Position numbers and translations under genes: made by a program. This document shows, piece after piece, positions 27,732-35,456 of a stretch of DNA of 39,649 nt (position 1 is the stretch's first letter; every line of letters starts with the position of its first letter). Origin of the DNA: a virus; the UHGV virus genome UHGV-0344182; one strand, 5' to 3'. The notes beneath the pieces are model-generated. The model saw only the letters and a program-made list of their open reading frames with translations. It made no database searches and was not told the origin of the DNA.

Positions 27732-28096
27732 TTCTTCGGTCTCCCAGCCCGCTTGTGCGGGCGTACAAAAGTGACCCTGATGGCCTGCTCAGTCTTAATC
27801 GGCTCTCCGTCGGGTCCAGAGCACTCTATGCGGGTAGTCTCCCTGTACCCCAAACGCGTCTTCAAGAGGAAGATCATCATCCGCACATCGCCATCCATGG
27901 CCATCTGATAAGCAGTCTTTGCGAGGCCTTCCGCAGCCTCAGCCATGCCGGCATCCAGCTCTGGCGTGTAGTACTTCACCAGCGTTCCTGTACTTACCCC
28001 TATCTGCACGGCTATTTCTCGCTGCCTCACGCCATACTTAGCGAGGGCGCGGACTATCGCCCGCTTCTCGTCCGTAGGTACATGCTCATCTCTCAT
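27713..28096 (-). CDS. terS: terminase small subunit with N-terminal HTH
   Basis: IVRALAKYGVRQREIAVQIGVSTGTL HTH; 127 aa; immediately upstream of TerL. Confidence 0.7.
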   Translation of the reverse strand: MRDEHVPTDEKRAIVRALAKYGVRQREIAVQIGVSTGTLVKYYTPELDAGMAEAAEGLAKTAYQMAMDGDVRMMIFLLKTRLGYRETTRIECSGPDGEPIKTEQAIRVTFVRPHKRAGRPKKCTEKE

Positions 28097-28386
28097 CTGT
28101 CATACATCCTCTTTATAAAACGGAAGCGCAGAGCGTCCAGCAGCATGCCGCCGGAGTTACCAGCCACGCCGCAAAGTCCCACAAGGGCTATATCTGGCAC
28201 CTTGTCCGCGAGGAGGGAGAAAGCCAGCACGCCGCAGAAGGCTGACACGACTATCTGCGTAAGCAGGTCGAGCCAGCCTTGGACGCCTTTTCGCATGACG
28301 CGGACGACGCCGCCCACGAGGCCGAAAGCGGCACCCAGCGCGCACAGTTTCAGGAGTTCCCACCATCCGCCGAGGTCATGCATCAC
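28093..28386 (-). CDS. small membrane protein, holin-like (97 aa)
   Basis: 2-3 predicted TM segments, charged C-terminus; overlaps neighbours (ATGA); sits in the lysis cassette. Confidence 0.55.
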   Translation of the reverse strand: MMHDLGGWWELLKLCALGAAFGLVGGVVRVMRKGVQGWLDLLTQIVVSAFCGVLAFSLLADKVPDIALVGLCGVAGNSGGMLLDALRFRFIKRMYDR

Positions 28387-28925
28387 CTGCCACCTCCCTG
28401 CACTTTCTTCAAGAAAGCGTCTTTTGAAGCGCTGCCGAGACTGGAGCCGAGGTAGTACTGGACGACAGCGCCGAAGGCGGAAGCGAGCGTACCTAGGAGC
28501 ATCAGCCCCGCATCCCCGAGCTCAGCCTTCCCGCCGTGGAGCACGGCCCACAGCATCACAAAAAACCCCACGGTGACTATGCACGACACTACGGACGTAG
28601 CCCAGCTGGCACCGTGGCCGGTCTTGGCCAGCTCGACCTCACGATCACGTGCGCTCATCCTATCTGTGAGCTCTGCCTGCACCTGGTCTCTCTGCCACTG
28701 GAGGAGCTGCGCCTGCTGCTGGATCTCCAGATCCTTTAGCTTGAGCAGCAGGTCGGGGGACTGCGCCAAGGTGCGCTGCACGTCCGCAGGGTCAGGCTCA
28801 CACCCGAGCGCGGACGCTATGAGTGAGCCGGCCGCCCCGGCGATAGCGCCCACAGGTCCGCCGAGGACGCTGCCCAGCACGGGCGCCGCCTTAGCGACGG
28901 CGCGGCCGACGTCTGCCCACTCCAT
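28383..28925 (-). CDS. holin of the GTA-type 3TM family
   Basis: N-term MEWADVGRAVAKAAPVLGSVLGGPVGAIAGAAGSLIASALG plus DP..LLKLKDLE and two further TM helices match the GTA_holin_3TM pattern. Confidence 0.6.
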   Translation of the reverse strand: MEWADVGRAVAKAAPVLGSVLGGPVGAIAGAAGSLIASALGCEPDPADVQRTLAQSPDLLLKLKDLEIQQQAQLLQWQRDQVQAELTDRMSARDREVELAKTGHGASWATSVVSCIVTVGFFVMLWAVLHGGKAELGDAGLMLLGTLASAFGAVVQYYLGSSLGSASKDAFLKKVQGGGR

Positions 28926-29557
28926 CAGAGAAGCTCCTGCAGGAGGCGGCCTTCCGCGGCGCGCCGTCCCAGGTACTCACCGCCCCACCCGTCACGGTCG
29001 AGGAGTGCGGCAGACGCCTTCGCCCAGTCTCCGCGGCGCAGGGCCGCCAGAGTGACGGGCGCACGGCGCTCAGCTCCACGCACCCCGCACTGATAGACGA
29101 GCGAGAAGGCCACGGCCTGCGCCTGCCACGGGAGAGAGGCGAAGTCGCGGGAAGGCGCGCGCCTGTCCCACCACGGCACCACTACATCATCCATGTAGCC
29201 GCGGTGCTCGGCATCCGTGAGCTCACGCGCCTGCGCCACCGTGAGGGTGAGCGAGCGGTTGCGCAGCTCGCGGAGAGCGGCACCACACTGTAGACCTATA
29301 TACATATGGATAGCATCCATCGTACCATCGGACACTCCCCAGCGTCTCAGCTGGGGGGCAGTCTGCTGGCCGAGGTCTACGCCCACGCCCACAGTCACGC
29401 CAGAGACACCCATAGCCTCATAGTCCGTCACGGGCGCGCGGCCCGTGTAATTCTCCGTCCCGCCGGACAGGCGCCGGCACGGTATATACCCGCGACACGT
29501 CAGCGGCCCTTCTACCGTCTCCAGCCACTTGAACACCTTTTTATACTGAATCGACAT
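28925..29557 (-). CDS. endolysin, GH24 pesticin/T4-lysozyme-like
   Basis: E...D...T catalytic spacing (VEG, TDYEA, VTVGVGVDLG) and the LPWQAQAVAFSLVYQCG / RRGDWAKA segments resemble T4 lysozyme-type muramidases. Confidence 0.65.
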   Translation of the reverse strand: MSIQYKKVFKWLETVEGPLTCRGYIPCRRLSGGTENYTGRAPVTDYEAMGVSGVTVGVGVDLGQQTAPQLRRWGVSDGTMDAIHMYIGLQCGAALRELRNRSLTLTVAQARELTDAEHRGYMDDVVVPWWDRRAPSRDFASLPWQAQAVAFSLVYQCGVRGAERRAPVTLAALRRGDWAKASAALLDRDGWGGEYLGRRAAEGRLLQELL

Positions 29558-29746
29558 TTTTGTAACTTCCTGTAATTAACTTCCTATATTTTTGTAACTT
29601 TTTATAGGAAGTATGTCAAAAAGTTGACACTTATGCAAGGGAAAATTTTTCAAAAAAACACTTTACAAAGACTAAAAAAGCGTAAAGTTCTTTTTCAAGA
29701 GAGAGAGAAAAAAAAGAAAAGCCTCTCTCAAAAAGGAGAAAAAGTT
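29558..29746. promoter_or_regulatory. divergent promoter/operator region between the late (lysis-morphogenesis) operon and the + strand 3-gene operon
   Basis: 13-bp direct repeat ATTTTTGTAACTT x2; TAACTTCCT x2; 10-bp inverted repeat ACTTCCTATA/TATAGGAAGT; back-to-back TTGACA hexamers (TGTCAA-AAAG-TTGACA); GAGAGAG/CTCTCTC hairpin before the RBS. Confidence 0.5.
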
Positions 29747-30427
29747 ATGACCACCACCACCGCCACCACCGAAAAGCTCATCACCTCCCTTGAAGAAAGG
29801 GGTTTCAAGCGCTGGACTAAGGGAGATAAGGACCGCATGTACATCGACGCCGAAAAACTCGGCCTCAAGGTCCAGAAGTACGGATCCGGCGCCGTAAAGC
29901 ACGCAGAGTGGGATGGAGAAAAGATCTCCAACCGCGCGGGCGCCTCCATGCTTCATGCTAAGACATATCTTGACCTCACGGACATGTCAGTCCATAGCGA
30001 CGACAGCGACCTTTTCGCCGCCGCAGAAACTATCATCGAAGAGATCCGTGCCATCCTCGAAGAAGAGGAAAAGAAGGAAGAAAAGAAGGAAGAAAAGAAG
30101 GACACTATGCCCCTCACCGACACCGCCATCAGCGCTATGCAGGAGCTCTACCAGAGCATCAGCTACGACGCCCGCATGGACTACTGCACGAAAGAGATGG
30201 CCCAAAGTATATGCCGGGACACTCTCGCGAAAGAAGCCGAAAAGAGGGGTATCGCAGACCCAAGTATGATGAACACCGCCACGGGGTCTGTGGACAAGCT
30301 CAGTGGCTGGATCTGTGACTACATGGAGCTCACCCCCGAGGAGTGGGGCGGCCATTACTTCTCAGACGCCGGGCTTGTCGAAGTCCGCAGGACCGCGGAC
30401 GGCGGTTGGGAAGAAGCCGACGACTAG
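29747..30427 (+). CDS. acidic two-domain protein with (EEKK)n linker, unknown function
   Basis: AAAAGGAGAAAAAG RBS; 226 aa; tandem GAAGAAAAGAAG repeats encode EEEKKEEKKEEKK. Confidence 0.6.
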   Translation: MTTTTATTEKLITSLEERGFKRWTKGDKDRMYIDAEKLGLKVQKYGSGAVKHAEWDGEKISNRAGASMLHAKTYLDLTDMSVHSDDSDLFAAAETIIEEIRAILEEEEKKEEKKEEKKDTMPLTDTAISAMQELYQSISYDARMDYCTKEMAQSICRDTLAKEAEKRGIADPSMMNTATGSVDKLSGWICDYMELTPEEWGGHYFSDAGLVEVRRTADGGWEEADD

Positions 30428-30477
30428 CACAGGAAAGGCCCCTTTACGGGGGCCACGCACAAAAAAGGAGAAAAAGC

Positions 30478-30744
30478 ATGATCTATATCAGCGACACCAC
30501 ACCCAGCAAGTACATCACGGCAGACTACCTGCGCTCTCTCCCCCGCGAAGAGCGGGAAGCCTACCATGTAGCAGACGCACAGGAGCTCTGCGCACTCATC
30601 GACAGCGCGGAGACATGGGGCACCGTAGACCAAGACGTGTACAGGCATCTGGCGTATCTCCTCGACCTCGACACGAGCAGGTATGAAGACTGTGAAGCCT
30701 TCATGCAGGACGTGAAAAAGGTCATGGAGGCCGACCATGCCTAG
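30478..30744 (+). CDS. small acidic protein (88 aa)
   Basis: AAAAAGGAGAAAAAGC RBS before ATG 30478. Confidence 0.6.
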   Translation: MIYISDTTPSKYITADYLRSLPREEREAYHVADAQELCALIDSAETWGTVDQDVYRHLAYLLDLDTSRYEDCEAFMQDVKKVMEADHA

Positions 30745-30928
30745 CGGCGGCGCCCGGAAGGGGGCCGGAAGAAAAGAAGGCGTCAGGACTGCCACTACGC
30801 ACATCATGCAGATCCGCCTCCAGCAGGAGGACTATAGAGCCCTCCTAGGGATGGCAGAAGCCATGGGCACGAAGCCGGCCACGCTGGCAAGAAAGATTAT
30901 CCACGCCCACCTGTACGCCACAAGATAA
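30737..30928 (+). CDS. ribbon-helix-helix (CopG/Arc-like) DNA-binding protein
   Basis: 63 aa; basic N-term, THIMQIRLQQEDYRALLGMAEAMG..ATLARKIIHAHL fits a beta-strand plus two-helix RHH fold; overlaps upstream gene (ATGCCTAG). Confidence 0.5.
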   Translation: MPSGGARKGAGRKEGVRTATTHIMQIRLQQEDYRALLGMAEAMGTKPATLARKIIHAHLYATR

Positions 30929-30931
30929 GGG

Positions 30932-30964
30932 AAGGGCCCCGCGTGTGCGGGGCCCTTCTTTTTT
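30932..30964 (+). terminator. rho-independent terminator of the + strand 3-gene operon
   Basis: 11-bp GC-rich stem AAGGGCCCCGC/GCGGGGCCCTT, GTGT loop, then CTTTTTT. Confidence 0.85.
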
Positions 30965-31202
30965 ACATATGCTTCTTTGCGCAGTTATGGTACGAGTTGT
31001 ATCCCTCAAGCATCTGAGCGATCTCTTCATCATCCAGAGTATCTCCCCAGCTGCCGATGGTTCCAAGTAGATCAGACAACCCCCCACAGGCTTCAGCCTC
31101 GTCATATAAAGCCTGTGAAATAATATGCGAGAGCGGCCGGGGCTTCTTCGGAAGATTGTTCAGGGCTTTCCAAATTTCGTCAACAATTTTTGCTTCGTAC
31201 AT
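30963..31202 (-). CDS. hypothetical protein (79 aa)
   Basis: ORF; last gene of the - strand early operon. Confidence 0.5.
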   Translation of the reverse strand: MYEAKIVDEIWKALNNLPKKPRPLSHIISQALYDEAEACGGLSDLLGTIGSWGDTLDDEEIAQMLEGYNSYHNCAKKHM

Positions 31203-31256
31203 TCCATTCTCCTTGTGCCTGATATTCCAGCCAGTCCGATAAGGATCCCCTTCTCG

Positions 31257-32036
31257 TCACTCAAGGCACAGCTCCTTCCTGGCATACTCCCAGAGCGTCA
31301 TACCCAGGGATGTGTGCGTCGTGTCGGGCAGAGTCTTCAGCCAGTCAAGAGACGGACGGTCTTCATTCTCCTGTCCGCCGCCTATCTGCTGGCAATTGAC
31401 GAACCGGCATCCGCTGCTCCCGCCGGTGCCGTCCCCAGTGAAGTCTATCCCCCTTCTCTGCCCGCTCACCCATGAGGGGCGGGAGAAGATGCCTCGGATG
31501 CCGTTGTCGTTGTACGCCTCACCAAGGTGGTTGAGGTGGTCCACGATCCAGTCCTTACGTCTCAGGGAGTGAGAGCGCGAGAACACGCAGTCCCAGACAC
31601 TCAAAGAGGCGCCATTGTGCGCCCACGCGCCGAAGGTGCGGACATCGAAGCACCCCACGCCCCAGTCGTGCACCCAGCAGTTCCTCATGTCAGCGAGGAC
31701 GCCATCCTGCACCTCGGGACACCTTCTCCCGCACCTGATGAAGGCGCAGTTTTTGAGAAAGAGAAGCCCTGACTTATCTTCTGCCGGGTAGTCCCCGTTG
31801 CCCCCAAGGATAGCTTTCTTGCAGCCGATGAAGGCGCAGCGGTCGATGACCACATGGGCCCCCTTGATGCAGTCGATAGCTTCATCCTGATCAGCAAGCG
31901 GAACGGCGGAGAGGTCAAAGATGCAGTCCTGGATGAGAGTGCCGCCGTCACTTCCCCAGACCTGGATGCAGTCTCCGCCGAGATTGAACGTCGGGGCCGT
32001 ATAGAGGCCTTCCCGGATTACCCTGCTGTAGCTCAT
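31257..32036 (-). CDS. right-handed parallel beta-helix repeat protein (259 aa)
   Basis: repeated short turns with regularly spaced Cys/Ile/Asp/Asn (DCIFDLS, IDCIKGAHVVIDRCAFIGC, LFLKNCAFIRCG, RNCWVHDWGVGCFDV, WDCVFSRS) typical of pectate-lyase-like beta-helices. Confidence 0.55.
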   Translation of the reverse strand: MSYSRVIREGLYTAPTFNLGGDCIQVWGSDGGTLIQDCIFDLSAVPLADQDEAIDCIKGAHVVIDRCAFIGCKKAILGGNGDYPAEDKSGLLFLKNCAFIRCGRRCPEVQDGVLADMRNCWVHDWGVGCFDVRTFGAWAHNGASLSVWDCVFSRSHSLRRKDWIVDHLNHLGEAYNDNGIRGIFSRPSWVSGQRRGIDFTGDGTGGSSGCRFVNCQQIGGGQENEDRPSLDWLKTLPDTTHTSLGMTLWEYARKELCLE

Positions 32037-32215
32037 TGCTCCTGCCTTCCAGACTTGCCCATACCGTGCTTAACGCGATCCGCTTCTTCGGCGCGCTTCG
32101 CGTCGTTGAAGCGGTCCAGTGTGCCGACAAGATAGCCGGTAATACGGCGGATGCGCTCGAACTTTACGCCCTTGCCGACAAAACGCGTCTTATTTGGTAT
32201 GTGAATACTTTTCAT
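32033..32215 (-). CDS. hypothetical protein (60 aa)
   Basis: ORF overlapping neighbours; weak. Confidence 0.3.
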   Translation of the reverse strand: MKSIHIPNKTRFVGKGVKFERIRRITGYLVGTLDRFNDAKRAEEADRVKHGMGKSGRQEQ

Positions 32216-32435
32216 TTTTTAACTCCCTTACGATTTTCAAAAGGTTGCGGTTGCAATGCCGGCACATCCGGCCGCAGAGGATACCCCACCCGCGCGCGGC
32301 TTCCGCGTCGTCCCCGTCTACGCTTTCGGGGCCCGACATCCCGCAGGAGGGGCAGGCGACAGTACGCCCGCCCCCGTCAGTATCGGCCAAGTAGACGTCG
32401 GGGCACCCGCAGTATGGGCAGGAGTGCAGGATCAC
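32190..32435 (-). CDS. Lar-like zinc-ribbon protein (restriction-alleviation family)
   Basis: SCPYCGCPDVYL....TVACPSCGMSGP....EAARGW closely follows the Lar family pattern (CPFCG...C..CG....A...WN). Confidence 0.55.
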   Translation of the reverse strand: MILHSCPYCGCPDVYLADTDGGGRTVACPSCGMSGPESVDGDDAEAARGWGILCGRMCRHCNRNLLKIVRELKNEKYSHTK

Positions 32436-32443
32436 AGTACGTG

Positions 32444-32755
32444 CTAGTTTTCGGCGAGAAAGTCACTAAAAAGCCAGAAAGGTAGCACAATGAAGACAAT
32501 CCCCAGTATCGACGTAACCCATCCGGCTTCAAGAGCAACAAGCCCGACCCCAATCAGTAAAGAGGCCGCAAAAGCCACTAACAGAAGGAATCCAGACTCA
32601 AGCAACTCGAAAAAAAGCCCAACGGCCAAACAAAAAACCAGGAAACCAAGAATAATACTGAGCATATCAACACCTCCAATGCCAAGAATTATACAACAGC
32701 CCAAAAAAACGCAAAGGGAAAAAACAAAGGGCACCTTGACAAGACAAAAGGTCAT
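32444..32755 (-). CDS. small integral membrane protein (103 aa, 3-4 TM), lower-GC
   Basis: almost entirely hydrophobic; lower GC than neighbours; ATGA overlap with Dam gene. Confidence 0.45.
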   Translation of the reverse strand: MTFCLVKVPFVFSLCVFLGCCIILGIGGVDMLSIILGFLVFCLAVGLFFELLESGFLLLVAFAASLLIGVGLVALEAGWVTSILGIVFIVLPFWLFSDFLAEN

Positions 32756-33573
32756 GACACGCCCCCCAGTCTCAGCATCCCGGGTTCACGCGCACGCTGG
32801 AGGGCATTCCACGTGCGCGGGGACAGCCAGAGGCATTCTTTTGTCTTTTTATTCTTGAATGCATGGTGCTGGCGCGTCTCTATATGCCAGCCGGGCAGCT
32901 CGTCGGCGTACAGCTCATTCATGTAGCCGGAGAGGACGACATACCCACTGACTTTTTTAAAGACGCCAAGCATGGCCTCCTGATCGATGGTAGCTGGGTA
33001 CCGGAAAGAGTACCTGCAGTGATATGGCGGATCCATATACCACAGCGTATCGGGAGAATCATAGAGCGGTATTAGCTCAAGCGCGTCTCTGCACTCGATG
33101 ACCACAGAGCGGAACCGCTCCGCAATCTCTGACATTTTTTCGACGCGGTTTACAAAAACTTTTGCATTTCCTCTGATTTTTTTACCGTCGGAGGCAAACC
33201 CGGTCCGGCTTTCGGACACCACCCCTCTTATCCCGATCCCCATATCAGCCCTGACGACCAGAGCACGCGCCCTCTCTATATCATCACCTTCCGGCATGGG
33301 GTAGAAGCTATAGTACTCTTCTCTGGCATACGGCGTGAGCCTCAGCCGCCGGATAAGCTCAGCGGCCTTTTCCTTGTCCCGTAACACACTGAAAAAGTTA
33401 ACTAAATCGCTGTTCAGGTCGTTATACACCTCCAGCGGTGAAGGCTCCTTGTTCAGAAGAACGCCAGCTGCACCGCCAAAAGGCTCTACGTATATTTTAT
33501 GCCGGGGGAAAAAGAAACTGACCCACGAAGAGATCTGCACTTTTCCCCCCGGATATTTCAGAGCTGTTAGCAC
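32752..33573 (-). CDS. dam: DNA adenine methyltransferase (Dam / D12 class N6-adenine MTase)
   Basis: YPGGK, EPFGGAAGV (motif I) and DPPY (motif IV) in the gamma-class order. Confidence 0.85.
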   Translation of the reverse strand: MLTALKYPGGKVQISSWVSFFFPRHKIYVEPFGGAAGVLLNKEPSPLEVYNDLNSDLVNFFSVLRDKEKAAELIRRLRLTPYAREEYYSFYPMPEGDDIERARALVVRADMGIGIRGVVSESRTGFASDGKKIRGNAKVFVNRVEKMSEIAERFRSVVIECRDALELIPLYDSPDTLWYMDPPYHCRYSFRYPATIDQEAMLGVFKKVSGYVVLSGYMNELYADELPGWHIETRQHHAFKNKKTKECLWLSPRTWNALQRAREPGMLRLGGVS

Positions 33574-33827
33574 TTCTTCTGTCTCCAGTCCCCGCGGCAG
33601 AAGCGCCAGGCCACACAGAGCAGGTCGAGCGCCTCATCCATGACGCGCTCTTCCCCCTGATCTTTGTTGAGCGCCTGACAGAGTTCCCCGTACTCTTCTC
33701 CTATGACGCCCACGCCCTGATAGATGCCATCGGCGAAGTCGGGATGCTTCTTTTCCGCCTTGGCAATGCGGTCTATCAACTCAAAAAAAAGCCCATCTTT
33801 AACAAAAACATTGTCGCTCATACACAC
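33567..33827 (-). CDS. MazG-like nucleotide pyrophosphohydrolase (small)
   Basis: GVIGEEYGELCQA...EERVMDEALDLL matches the MazG EExxE...D motif arrangement. Confidence 0.6.
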   Translation of the reverse strand: MCMSDNVFVKDGLFFELIDRIAKAEKKHPDFADGIYQGVGVIGEEYGELCQALNKDQGEERVMDEALDLLCVAWRFCRGDWRQKKC

Positions 33828-33831
33828 CTCT

Positions 33832-34227
33832 CTACATCGTCTTCAACGGTAAATCGCCGTGACCAAAGGGGGTTCCCGTCGAGGGAATATCTTCCCCTTT
33901 TAGAGTTGGGACCGTCCCGTAGTCCACACCGCCGACACGCTCACAGCCGGACATGCCGGCAGCGCACTCCGCCCCGCAGGCCGCGTAGCCGGCTATATCC
34001 ACCCACGAATCCATATGGCGGGGGTTCCCCTCCACACGTGCGAGCTTCAGAAGAATCATCATAGCCGCCACATCCGCGGCGGATATATCGCACCCGGTAT
34101 AGCGGCTCCACAGAGCCGCGATAAGGCCGAAGCAGTCTTCGGGGTGCCCGTACTCGCGGGCCCTGTCTGTCAGTACCGCCTTCCCGGCGGCGTCGAGGCA
34201 TTCTTTTCTCGTCATTTGAAACTCCAT
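33832..34227 (-). CDS. hypothetical Cys-containing phage protein (131 aa)
   Basis: ORF in early operon; motif A.DVAAMMILLKLAR. Confidence 0.5.
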   Translation of the reverse strand: MEFQMTRKECLDAAGKAVLTDRAREYGHPEDCFGLIAALWSRYTGCDISAADVAAMMILLKLARVEGNPRHMDSWVDIAGYAACGAECAAGMSGCERVGGVDYGTVPTLKGEDIPSTGTPFGHGDLPLKTM

Positions 34228-34255
34228 TTTCCCTGTAAAGTGTTCCCATTTTAAC

Positions 34256-34459
34256 CTAAAAGGAGCCGTAGTTCCACGGTTTTTTTCGTGTGCGGCCTAA
34301 GCGCCGCGCCATCTCGGTATTCCCAAGACCGGCTACATGCGCTCGCCTGGCGTTCTGGCCGTCATCCTGCGTCCAGCGGGCGCCACCCAGCTTAAGGGTC
34401 TCGTCCTGTCTAGTGCATCCGGCCTTCTCTTCCACGCCGAGGAACTCTTTCCTTGCCAT
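34256..34459 (-). CDS. hypothetical small protein (67 aa) with HTH-like segment
   Basis: ORF; VAGLGNTEMARRLGRTRK. Confidence 0.4.
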   Translation of the reverse strand: MARKEFLGVEEKAGCTRQDETLKLGGARWTQDDGQNARRAHVAGLGNTEMARRLGRTRKKPWNYGSF

Positions 34460-34462
34460 TTT

Positions 34463-34831
34463 TTATATCCTTTTGTCCAATTTTTGTCCACGGCTCCATG
34501 CCGCGTAAAGACTGATAGCGAGGCGGACGGCTATCTCCGCCCATGGAGCGCCCCCCTGTCTCAGGGAGACAATCAGGGCATCCATCTTCTGCGTCCATCG
34601 GATCCTGGCTTTTCTCCGCTTCTCCAAAACAGGCACGGCGCCTTCACTCTGGAGGACGCTCCAGCGGAACCGCGCCGCTTTCTTCGTGCGCCCACATAAG
34701 GTGCCTATCACGCTCCACGAGTAGCCAGCCCCTACCAGCTGAGCAAGAAGGGCGTCCTTACGCGGCGTCCATCCGTATGTACGGTGGCTATCTGTCAGCA
34801 TGCCGCCTCCGCAGTCTGTCACGCAGGGCAT
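34463..34831 (-). CDS. tandem GcrA-like / sigma-70 region-4-like HTH protein
   Basis: two repeats WTPRKDALLAQLVGAGYSWSVIG and WTQKMDALIVSLRQGGAPWAEIA resembling the GcrA N-terminal HTH. Confidence 0.5.
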   Translation of the reverse strand: MPCVTDCGGGMLTDSHRTYGWTPRKDALLAQLVGAGYSWSVIGTLCGRTKKAARFRWSVLQSEGAVPVLEKRRKARIRWTQKMDALIVSLRQGGAPWAEIAVRLAISLYAAWSRGQKLDKRI

Positions 34832-35021
34832 CCAGTCCAGCCCCGAGCAGTACGCCCAACGCGAGTGAAGCCAGACACGAGGATAAATGCATCCCCACGC
34901 GGGCGGCGAAGAAAACTTCTACGACTATAACCACAGTCACAACTGCCATCTCAGTGGCCATCATCCTGAAAGCCTTTTTCTCGGCCTGTTCGTATGCTCT
35001 TTTACTCTCTATGCTATTCAT
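34788..35021 (-). CDS. small membrane protein (77 aa)
   Basis: GGAGGG RBS 4 nt upstream of ATG; two hydrophobic helices. Confidence 0.4.
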   Translation of the reverse strand: MNSIESKRAYEQAEKKAFRMMATEMAVVTVVIVVEVFFAARVGMHLSSCLASLALGVLLGAGLDALRDRLRRRHADR

Positions 35022-35102
35022 ATACCCTCCAGACGCTCAAAATCGCCTCGTGCGGGCTTTTCTTCCGTTTTCCGACTAACCACAAACGGCCATGATAAAA
35101 TC

Positions 35103-35456
35103 TCACTGTATGGGGCCATACGTTATTGTATCAGCGTCAGAGACTTCATCCTTGGGGGCGTATCCGCCCCGGCTTCTCAGGCGGGCCCAGCACGCAGGAC
35201 AGCGATAGTCTGTCGTGGGGCGCCCGCAGTCGTGGCAGCGGCGCATATACCGGGTGATCTGCCTTGGGGCCTTTCCCCGCAGGATGTCGCCATTTTCACC
35301 CAGCGGCTCGGGGAAAAATTCTCTGTGGGCGTATATGTAGTACCGCACGGCACCCCCTGTTTTTTTGATCGCCTTTCCGATCCGCGCGTAGCTTTCTCCT
35401 GCGGCATACATCCGTGCGGCGGTTTTTATCTCTTCATCACTCCATCCCTTCGACAT
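35103..35456 (-). CDS. GcrA-like HTH plus C-terminal zinc-ribbon protein
   Basis: GGAGGG RBS before ATG 35456; WSDEEIKTAARMYAAGESYARIGKAI HTH; CHDCG...YRCPAC ribbon. Confidence 0.5.
   Translation of the reverse strand: MSKGWSDEEIKTAARMYAAGESYARIGKAIKKTGGAVRYYIYAHREFFPEPLGENGDILRGKAPRQITRYMRRCHDCGRPTTDYRCPACWARLRSRGGYAPKDEVSDADTITYGPIQ

Noticed and set aside
32490-32858. 122-aa Lys/Pro-rich + strand ORF
   Set aside because: Antisense to the hydrophobic membrane-protein gene and the Dam MTase start; low-complexity translation typical of the reverse strand of a TM-coding region.
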